DNA from: Balanoglossus misakiensis
Taxonomy: Eukaryota > Animalia > Hemichordata
NCBI GenBank assembly: GCA_040954595.2
Contig: CM082578.2
Span: 10,857,166 to 10,921,165, forward strand
Length of the DNA stretch: 64,000 bases
Direction: 5' to 3'
Shown here: positions 55,001 to 64,000 of the stretch, piece by piece
How positions within the stretch are numbered: position 1 is the first letter of the stretch
How the letters are laid out: each line of letters begins with the position of its first letter
Notes under the pieces: generated by a model
The model's input: the letters and a program-made list of their open reading frames with translations, nothing else
Told to the model about the DNA's origin: nothing
The model's database searches: none
Translations under genes and position numbers: made by a program

Positions 55001-58000
55001 ACGCTTATCAAAACTCCAGGCATGTCTTTTTTACGGCATAATATCCGAGCAATCAATTTAACGGCTAAAAATTTCCATCATTCAGTGAACATGGAACCGT
55101 GAGCGAAAGATAAAAATATATACATATAGATTTCTGTATTAGAGCTGATAAAACGGAGGAGGGTCTAGTGATCTGCTGAGATCATAGTGACGACGATCAC
55201 TCGAAGGGCCCTTTTTTGGCGCCCTTGATTTGGTACTGGCATCACCTTGCGGCCAAAGTGTGTCATCCATGTACTCCCCGGCACTGAACAATACAAAACG
55301 GGACACAAACGCTTCATTACGGCTGCTCTTTGATGTTCCCGGATTAAGCCGGAAAAAGCCTGTTTTCATGTATACATTAGAATTTAAAATGCGTGCTGGT
55401 GGCCGTGCCCATTCACTCGGAAGGGACCAAGCTGCAAGTTGATCAGCGGCATTCTGCAGCACAGATTCTGCCAGTGGCTACCTGTTAACTGGTACAGAAA
55501 GCATATTGTATTTTTTTTTTTTTGCGGCTGGGCCGACTGTCTCGTGGGCAGACGACTGAAATTCTCTGGTGCCAGTCTTTCGAACAAGCTTCATTTAGAC
55601 GGCATTTTAAAGGCCGAGACGGATCAATATCGCCTCAATCTACTTTGCGAGAAATATGACACACTAAATCTCCGACAGACAGCTTGTCACTATGTTTGAT
55701 TTTTTTCCTTAACTGATCTGGCATTTTGCTGCTAAATGGCCCCGGATTATAAGTATCAATTTCTCCTTTCCTTCCCATAATTACGTATCGGGAATATTAC
55801 TTTCCTTGAAAACATGCCAGAATATCATTTGTAACTTTGAGGCCGACATCGATCACCAACAGCATATGCGCTGAATATAAAACAGTAAATGTGAGAAATG
55901 GATCAAAATCCAGAAAAGGAAATATTATCATTATAGTATAAAACCCACATCACTAAAATTTACTAAACAATACACTGGAAGCATCAACATCTTTTGAGGA
56001 ATGAATCATCAACAGCCTCTCTCAGATTTCAAATTCAGACAGTGAAGGAAATATATATTCCATACAGGAATGGACTTTGCCCCACCTGGGAATATTTTCA
56101 AAATGTCCACTCATCGCAGACAAATGCAGTACAAGGCTCAGATATTCAACTCTGAATCATTTTGCTCCGAGGGCAGCTAAGCGTGAACGATAAGACTACT
56201 TGTTTCAAGTTCAGATTAAAGCAATTTACATTATGCGGAACTGGCAGATGACAAAGGGAATATAAATCAGCCATCTGTGACCTTCAACTAGTGCTGCATA
56301 ATGACAATTATAACATGTACGATTGTGAAAGCAACTAAGCAAGACTAATCACAAAGAAAAAAACACAAGAGTTCATAAATTTGGGGTCATTGTCAAACCA
56401 ACACGCAAGCCACTTGCTGATGTTTCCAGATGTTGTGTTGCGTGGATTCAAGACAAAGAAGCATGTAAAGAGTTAAACAGGAGACACTTGGATTAGCGTG
56501 GACTTTCTCGCTGTAAGCCGATCACAATCACTGGTCAGTCGGTCCCTTCCACTTCCAAACAATGGCACGGCAATGAGGGCAATTAACCTGCTGTTGATGA
56601 GCATTACAGCACTTTTAATAGGATTACAGAGACTGGACAAGACTGGCAGGGATTACCTGGCAGAGACGCTGGCGCACACACACCGCTGATCAAAAGCCGG
56701 ACGTACCTGCCAGTAACTACGGCAACTCACAGAGAACAGCTTCCTTTGAAGTTCTGAAGGAGCTAATACAGATTTGCGCAGTGTCTGTGTTCAGTGGGTG
56801 TTTATTCGGGGGACTAATATTGACCGTTTTAGCCGGGAAGCAGTTAATGAGGACATTTTACATGCTCTCTGTCAATTACAATACAACTTAAGGAATGACA
56901 CCGACATGGAATGACCATTTCGGTAAATGTCAATTTACTGCAGAAATGTTTTCCATTGTGTAAAAACACAAGCCCAAATGGAAGATTTTTATGCATAAAA
57001 TGTAAAAAAGGAACTACTTTCTAGGTGTACTGTACATTTTTTCTCATGGGGCGATTCGTTTGATGGGAATCGGGACAAGTGAACCGAAAACAACTCAGTC
57101 TTTGTAATTGCCTAATCAATGCACTTGACTACCATTAGTAGGCTAATGACAGCTAATGAAACAATTGGCGCTATTCACAAATCTTCACTCGATTATTCTG
57201 CCATATAGTAATACAGCAAGCAAACGTAAATTAATGGAATTCAGGGTTTGTTTATGTTTGCACTGGAGGAAAGAAAAACATACGCCTCAATAGGCACTCA
57301 AAGAATAGCAGCGGTTTGGGGGCAAAACTGGGCCCTCTCTGTGGATGCTTGCACATTCCAAGCCTTGTTTAAGTTGTTTGTGACACACTTCATTTTCTTT
57401 GTCAGTGTTTGCAGAAAGATGAACCGGCACTTCATTTCTGCTGTATGTTTACGGCTGATCATACACCCAATTTAACCCTCCTTCCTATGTTCATGGCCCT
57501 TGGAATGACCCCCCGGTGCTGGTGGGAAGTAGGCCAATTCTGATGCAAAAATCACACAAAATGATATGTCCAGGGTGGGGTAGGCAGACTAGGACTGACT
57601 CCCTCTATCAGGTCAACCTATACTGTACAGCTAGGGTGGTCCTGCCAGTAATCATTTTTTCCCTTCTCTCGGCAATTTTTATTCTTTAAATCTATCGAAT
57701 AGAGTTTCCTATTATAAGATTTGCCATTGTTCTATTTCTACTCTAAAGTCTACCCTTGCAATGCAAGTGTCTGCAAAACTACTTCTTGAGCGAGAATGTC
57801 ACATGGATTAATCCTAGACACAGGACAGCCACTGTGAGCCAAAATGGATGACGTATTCACGTTGTCTGATATAGACAATGCCGGATTTGGGACAATTTTC
57901 TGACTCACGCACACTGAATTGGATCTCTCTCCAATGAGTTGTGATCAATCTACATCGCCTTACAATGAAACAGCATCCCCACAGCCAGTTTTTAACACTG

Positions 58001-59543
58001 TGTTATGCAACTTACACATACACGTATACAATGACACAGACATACATCACTTCAGCCCGAAATATGACAGATGAAGAACCGGCCGACTTCTCAAACAAAT
58101 GCACGCAGATTAATCATGAATTATGGACGGATTCAATTTAAATTGCGACGCCATTACTGTTGCAAAATATGATTGATCTTTGCAATCACAGGAAATTGTA
58201 AATGCCGGTTGAATGCAACATTCTTGGATTTTTGCAAATAATTCATGATCGGTAAAAAAACAGTGTAATACAAAATGATACCACAATGCAGAGATCGAGT
58301 TATCCACTTGGAATTAAATCAATATTAATTTACAGAGATGAGTCACGGTACATATAAGGTTGGCACCAGTGCAGACTGAATTGTTAATTTATATCAAAAT
58401 GGATATTAATGTCTCCGACCTTCTGCTTTTCTCTTTGAAAGATGTTGATGCACGCGCAAAGTCACACCATAAAATTAGAGGAAACAACTTTGATGATGTC
58501 TACATCAATATAAATCATACAAGTTCACTTTGGATATTTTGCCAGGGTTATCTCCAGGGCGAAGTGGTTTTTACTCTGTTGTTTACACAGACGACTGAAG
58601 ATTGATATCACATCACCAATGTTGATTTATTTGATTTCGTCGATACAGTTCTACTCAAGCAATGTTTGAGCAGATTGGCACTTTCTTTGTGATAGCATGG
58701 CATTTCACCCTGGATAGTCAATAACGGATGCGCATTCTGGTTGGCTAGCGCAGGAGACGCTAAGACAAGCTTGGCCAATACGGAAGACTCTTTCATATTT
58801 TCATGCAACATCAGAGTACATCAGATGAAAAACTTCCAGGGGGAGGGGGGGGGGGGCAGAAATGGACATGGACAGCCATTTCACGTTGGGTCTACACAAC
58901 GAAGTGCACTTACCTACAAAGCTGTCCGGGCAAATGCATGAGTATCCACCCTCGGTTCTTACACACCGTCCGTTATTTTGACACGGGTTCGAGTAACACA
59001 GGTTGATCTCTGTGACACAAAAGTTCCCGGTAAATCCGTAGGGACAGACGCATCGGTACTGGTTGACGGGATGGACCGGCCGGAAGAGGACAGTCTGCGA
59101 CCGGACGAATCCCGAGGTGCTCCCGAACGCGAGAATGGACAGGCACTCTTCGTGGTTGGCGCAGGGCTCCACCAGGCACAGGTTGTCGTCGAACGGGAGA
59201 ACAGTCGCCATGGAGATGCCGCTGATGGTGGCCCGGTTCAGGTACACCCGCTGCTGCAGGTACTTGGAGGAGTAGAACGTCCCGTTCGGACGCGACGCGG
59301 AGAACGAGATGTTGAGTATGTTGCCCTGGTCCACCTCGTCGTCCTTCACGTTGAACAGATACACGTTTCTCTTGTCGCACGGAATGATCTGCGCCAAGGC
59401 TTCGACGAAACGTCCGAACATCGGCGAGAGAAACTCCTCCTGCGTGATGTCGGCCAGACGAACGGTAACGCTGTTGAACAGCATGTCTTCAGTAACCATG
59501 GTGATGTTGAGGATGAGGGATGCATACACTCTGTTGATGCCAT
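13082..59543 (-). CDS. CELSR: Cadherin EGF LAG seven-pass G-type receptor (CELSR / Flamingo / Starry night), 5'-partial
   Basis: 30 GT-AG exons join in one frame (5561 nt): 59543-58914, 38910-38688, 37105-36901, 30928-30813, 30143-29848, 29589-29423, 28502-28356, 28023-27913, 26886-26706, 25987-25716, 25435-25252, 24927-24731, 24466-24257, 23983-23800, 23503-23257, 22725-22555, 22347-22011, 21824-21586, 21487-21421, 21159-21080, 20331-20163, 19938-19849, 19551-19359, 18075-18028, 17581-17537, 16570-16424, 16102-16049, 14240-13980, 13620-13359, 13109-13082. Domain order: flamingo box ([14 protein letters not shown]), EGFs, LamG1 ([19 protein letters not shown]; [11 protein letters not shown]), EGF, LamG2, EGFs, laminin-EGF, HormR, GAIN/GPS, 7[18 protein letters not shown] tail, HSTPK, C-terminal NETSV. 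Confidence 0.97.
15158..15178 (-). CDS. CELSR: Putative 21-nt CELSR tail microexon (VDWNFNP)
   Basis: ~70 nt AG-free pyrimidine-rich tract, AACAG acceptor, CCTG|GTAAGG donor, phase 1-1. Confidence 0.7.
15337..15351 (-). CDS. Weaker candidate 15-nt tail microexon (GGVGK)
   Basis: TCTGCCAGGTCAG|GTGGGGTTGGGAAGG|GTACGT; in frame only with the second AG (the first AG gives 20 nt). Confidence 0.3.
15684..15701 (-). CDS. CELSR: Putative 18-nt CELSR tail microexon (EWYYGP)
   Basis: TTCTAAC branch site, pyrimidine tract with UGC, TTCAG acceptor, CCTG|GTAAGA donor, phase 1-1. Confidence 0.7.
16274..16291 (-). CDS. Weaker candidate 18-nt tail microexon (VGLNHF)
   Basis: ATATAG|TTGGACTAAACCATTTTG|GTAAAG, in frame, UGC upstream; competing AGs lie between the pyrimidine tract and this acceptor. 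Confidence 0.3.
17127..17171 (-). CDS. CELSR: Putative 45-nt cassette exon in CELSR cytoplasmic tail ([15 protein letters not shown])
   Basis: GCTAAC branch-like site (17233-17228), pyrimidine tract, TTTGCAG acceptor, G|GTAAGG donor, phase 1-1, no stop. Confidence 0.6.
19849..22347 (-). CDS. CELSR: CELSR GPS and 7TM-encoding exons
   Basis: GGWSSKGC...[14 protein letters not shown] (GPS), then family-B/adhesion 7TM motifs: [82 protein letters not shown]. Confidence 0.95.
20847..20855 (-). CDS. CELSR: Putative 9-nt CELSR microexon in intracellular loop 3
   Basis: TGTAG|CACACTTAC|GTAAGT; branch point TACTAAC at 20935-20929; long pyrimidine tract; no other AG between branch point and acceptor; frame-preserving (phase 2-2), turning LK-S into LNTLT-S. 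Confidence 0.7.
40678..40732. repeat. (TTCA)n tetranucleotide microsatellite, ~13 units
   Basis: Perfect attcattcattc... run. Confidence 0.95.
44490..44575 (-). mobile_element. ~90 bp MITE-like dispersed repeat, copy 2 (diverged, reverse orientation)
   Basis: ttcatccctgttcccgtctgtagagggccaactttacaatagaaaacaatggatttggatcaaaccatgg aligns by eye to the reverse complement of 4399-4487 (ttcaccccagttccctctatagagatccaaccttaccgtagaaaacaatgggtttggaccgcaccatgg). Confidence 0.6.
58914..59543 (-). CDS. CELSR: CELSR exon: end of last cadherin repeat, flamingo box, first EGF domains
   Basis: Acceptor TTTCAAG, donor G|GTAAGT; [30 protein letters not shown]...[13 protein letters not shown]...[28 protein letters not shown]. 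Confidence 0.95.
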
Positions 59544-62500
59544 CTTGAAAAATAGAAAAAAAAAATCACAAATTCAGAGTTAATTAAGAGTTATCAGTGA
59601 TTACAAATTAATTACAGCCTTTGCTGGACTGTAAAACATTGATATTAATCGGGCAATTTGCATGCATGGCCGGTGACTCCATCAAATCTTCATTGCAATT
59701 CACTTCAGCTACTCCTTGACTGGACACACAGACATGCGGAGACAATTTAATCTGTCAAGCTGCGCATCTTATAAATCACGGAGACAAATGTTCTGATAGG
59801 CTAACCCTGACTACTTGGGCAAGAGGCCTCAAGCTCTTTCAGAGCGTGCATATAACCTTGGTAAAGATAGAGAAACCATCTTGAGACTAGTGACACTGAA
59901 TCCTCCCGACATCTCTTCAACACCTGCTTCTTACAATGAGAGGGGAGTGGTCATTCACAATAGCATCTTCTCCCTTATCCCCTCCCTCCCCCCTCCCCTC
60001 CCAAGACGTAAATTCAGCAAAAATGTCCACAATATTGTTTTGCTTCATCGGTCTTTATTTACTCTATTCAATTTTTCTGCTTTTTGATCATCAATTTGAT
60101 CATAGCTGTCACCTTCCCAATGACAAAAGGGTGAGACAAAAATTCTCAAGGTATAAAACATAACCAATAGTGACTCAGGACTGCAAAATATTAGAGAAAT
60201 GGTGACAGTAATTTCAAATACAAACAAAAAAAGCTTGGATTGTAACAAATTGATTTACATTCGTTTTTCTCCCACAGAAATCATCTCCTCGATTCAATTT
60301 TCATACAAGAACCCGCCCACGAAAATGTCAGGGCGTAGAACTGTACGCGTGTCTTAATGAAAGCCTCGCAAGATTTATATCTCTAGGTTGGGACCTTCTT
60401 TGCACTTTGCTATAACCTGAAACGCCATCTCACTCATCAAGCCTTGGCTGTATTCATCCACTCTGTATTCCCGGATCGTAAGATGTCGCCATCGGCAACA
60501 GATAGACTGGAGCCGCTCCGCATTACGCAGTTCGCCCGGCAGAGCGAGATGAAAAACTGGCATGTACTTGATAATGAGACACAATGTAGAGACTGCAGGA
60601 ATTCAGTCTGATAATTGATAGATACACAATCTCAAATTATGTTCTCTGCTTCTGACATGTCCCCTTTTAAAAAGAAATTCTCAATTTGTCACTGCGCGGG
60701 CGACGGATGCCTTGTTCCAAGTCCTTCTCTTTTAATCAAATTTGTATTTCAGCCATAACTCACTTTCCCTGTCTTATTTTGTTTGGAAATGTCACCAATT
60801 TGTCAGGATTGCGCGTTCAGTAATTGCATATCGCGCATTCCGCAGCGTGTTGCTAATTAAGTGGCAAAACATGAATTCATTTTTTTTAATCATGATGGAG
60901 AGTGAGAGAGAGAAATTCTGCTGATTGATATACATGTATACATGTAGTGTATTTGTGCAAAAGCCATCAGTGTCTGTGTGTCTTGGTCAGTCTCCTGAGT
61001 ATTATGGCCTGTCAGAACCTATCGTTAAATATTTTACAATCTTCCATGAAGGTACATTAAAGTGTTGACTTTGATGTGATTAATTCATGTGCTGCTGATG
61101 GAACAGCATTTCTGATTGGATAATCCTACCTGTATAGATTCATTCCAACCTATCAAGTGACTTCTTGAACCGAGGATTAAATGGAATACAAAACTCAGAT
61201 TTTGTTTTGCAGCCACATACCATTAAAAGCTTTAAAGCATTCTCAGTGGACAATCCAATTGACCCGTCAAGTTCTCAAGTTTTGAAAATCTCCTGTTGTT
61301 TAGATAGCAAAAATCTGACAGGAATTTTATCCCACAGAGGAGGCAAAATATATTTCTCTTTTGATGTCATTTCAGATGTTAATGTTTCATCATCACTGCT
61401 GCATAGTAACAATACACAAAACACATCACAGCCTTGTCAGATGCATTCTGGGAAGTGGTGACCTTTGCCCTCCATGCTCAGGAAAACTTAAAATTCGCCT
61501 AACCACGCGCCAGTCAAATTGTTTGATATCGCAATTAAAGCATAGCCCGATCCATGATTGTCGAGAGGGCGTCTCGTCTCTGGCCACTGACCCCCCAAAG
61601 AGAGATCGCAAATCTAAGGCTTCTGTATATACACTCTGTGCATATCAGCGACTACGTCAAGTGAGTGATTTGTCCTGCCTTCAAATTCCTTTTAAAATTC
61701 TTCCGATTTCACTGGTAATTGCGGAATAGTGCGACATGGAAATGCACTTGTACTGTCACGGGCTTCCCCGCTGCCTTTCACAATTACCTCGCTTTTCTCA
61801 AAGACCTGGCGACATTCGTGCTGCCCCCCCCCCCCCCTCAACTAACACAGCAATCGCTGGGTGTCCTATTCTAACTTTATTTTTAATGATAGGTATATTT
61901 TCCGTCGACGCGCCACTTATCCAATTGGAAGCCTGTCCATCCTTTCTCAAGTTATTGGGCCAATCTTTGGAACGGCACTGCCGTATCAAATTACTTTGGG
62001 ACAATCACTACGCAAAACGCTATCAGCGCCTTTTAAATTTCAACTGTCACACAAACCACAACCAATTTTCTCACTCCTAGAAACACATATTCCTTCTCTA
62101 TTTTCTTTTTACAAAACGGCCAATCAGTATCAGGGGTGGAAAATATCTGAGAAAATTTGTTTAAATATATGAACAAACTTTTTAGTGGCAAATTGATTTA
62201 CCCAAGCTATTGCTATGAAAAACTGTATCATATATTTGATGCTGAAAAAATCATCAGTACAGCAATAAACTTTAAGGAACCTGAGAAAAAATCCTTCTTG
62301 TGTATACGATTCATGAAGGCTTTACACATCTTCTTCTAAACAAAAAGCTGGACATGTAGAACCCTTTCCTCTATTGATACCAGAATTAATCCTCGCAAAA
62401 CTGTTCACAATTACTATCGGAATCTTACTTATGAAAATACCTCTGTCGATAAAAAATTTCAAACTTACATATTCGACTATAAATAATTGGAAAAATAATA

Positions 62501-64000
62501 TAAAAAGAATAACTGTGGATAATCTTTCAAGCCAGGAGTGAAATGGATACACCTGGAGTCAAATATGAGCTGGGCAAAAGATGCCGTCTTCTCAGCGACC
62601 CAGATGGCGCGGCAAATGCGAAATGAAACATAATAATGACTACAATATTCTCAAATATTTCCATGTGAGAGACGGGCTAGGGCTGTCAGCTGAGGATGTC
62701 CAGGGAGAACTAATTATTTCACACGGGCCGTCTCCAAGCAGGACACAGTTTCACTGTTACAAGCTGCGAGTCAATTAAAACGGCTCAGGGTCAGCAGAGC
62801 TGAATGCCGCAGCTTTCTTAACTGTTTCACCCGGGCTTTTTCACAAAACATCCCACCGCTGGAAATTCTTTGTCGACTGGCGCAGTCTGTTGTTGCCAGC
62901 GGGCGAAGGCATACCAGCACAGTAGCACAAAAGTGCGAAGTAGTTTCTCTCAGTCGAAATCTTGATTTTTTTTTACTTCCATTCTGATGTCTGTACGTCT
63001 GATGAATGTTTTTTCAAGGCATCAAAACATAATCCCATTGACGTGTACAAGTTTCTTTACGGCCGCTTCTCGCATCTTCCAGTCGCTCGTCCCTTTTAAC
63101 GGGTCAAAGGTCGGCTATTTTAAGAGTGCGAAAACTTTAAAGCCAGCAGCATGTTCTGCGTTGCTGACAAGTCTCGGGTTTAACTTTCTGGTCCGCTGGG
63201 AGATCGGCATTTCTGCTAAATACTGCGTGTCTCCGCCCATCCAAACACCAGCAACGCAGCAGCGTACACACACACACAGGACAGCTATGCCAGGCTGGCC
63301 GAGTCAACCAGCCGAGACCATTATCATTATCATTTAACCATTCCAATACCCATGTATAAGTACAATCTTCATGTTCAATCTCACAGTGAAAGGCACACAT
63401 GTTTTTCTCGCTCTCGTGTTCTTCATTACGGGAAGCGTTGTCATGTCTACAACCAATGCACCAATCAGTAATTTATCTGAGGCACAGAGCGAACATACTC
63501 ACAACAGACCGGATAACACATTTTAGTTTTCAGTAGCATTGAGCAACGAAGGTAGAAACTGACTTTCCTGGCAAAGGGAAAATGACAGACAGATTATCCC
63601 ACAGAAAAAATGTTTTCCATGAGATATAAGCCGCTTTTCTCAAAATGACAAATTTCATTAGTCTGATAAGCATCTGACATGATGCAATCTGGACATGATG
63701 AGCTTGTTTCAAATCCGACAGACAGAAAAAAAGTAAAATGCCTGCTTCCTTGCGGTTGCTGATAGAGATATGAAAACGAGTACCAGGTGTACTGCAGGCA
63801 ACTCAAATAATAAAGACAATTTGTGCACTGCAGAGAGGAGGTAACCTCTCCATGGAATTTACAGACTCTTTTGGGCACTCGGCAGAATTCTTGTCAAGTC
63901 TTATTTGATTTGCTTGCTTGCGTTGGCTGGCTAGGAACAGATACATCCTCTTGGAACTGACAGCAGTTCCTGGGCACAGCTGTACACAGATAAACCACCC

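Noticed and set aside
58973-59583. 201-aa antisense and 135-aa alternate-frame ORFs
   Set aside because: By-products of high GC3 codon usage in the CELSR exon.

Overview
Eukaryotic, intron-rich, AT-rich animal genomic DNA. It looks like an invertebrate deuterostome (e.g. hemichordate-type), but that is inference only. The ORF track is mostly noise or exon fragments, so genes were rebuilt by hand from GT-AG boundaries and frame continuity. Four protein-coding genes are supported. (1) The 3' part of a + strand gene (553-3679) encoding >=3 EGF repeats, a 6-Cys module, an Ly6/uPAR (three-finger) domain and a GPI-type tail. (2) A complete - strand PLP fold-type II Ser/Thr dehydratase-like gene (4933-7068, 6 exons, ~330 aa). 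(3) A complete + strand SEC13 (7487-10303, 9 exons, 317 aa), head-to-head with gene 2 across a ~0.4 kb ETS-motif promoter. (4) The 3' ~1850 codons of a - strand CELSR/Flamingo adhesion GPCR (59543 down to 13082, 30 exons in frame, one 20 kb intron); its cadherin repeats lie beyond the window. The most notable signal is a set of tiny, frame-preserving cassette exons in CELSR introns that the ORF track does not resolve as exons. One is a 9-nt microexon in intracellular loop 3 with a perfect TACTAAC branch point. The others form a cluster of phase-1/phase-1 exons (9-54 nt) in the cytoplasmic tail, two of which encode a shared [DE]-W-x-[YF]-x-P motif. Other items are a ~90 bp MITE-like repeat in two copies, an intronic foldback, POU/STAR motif clusters and microsatellites. 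No tRNA, rRNA, CRISPR array or intact transposon ORF was recognised.
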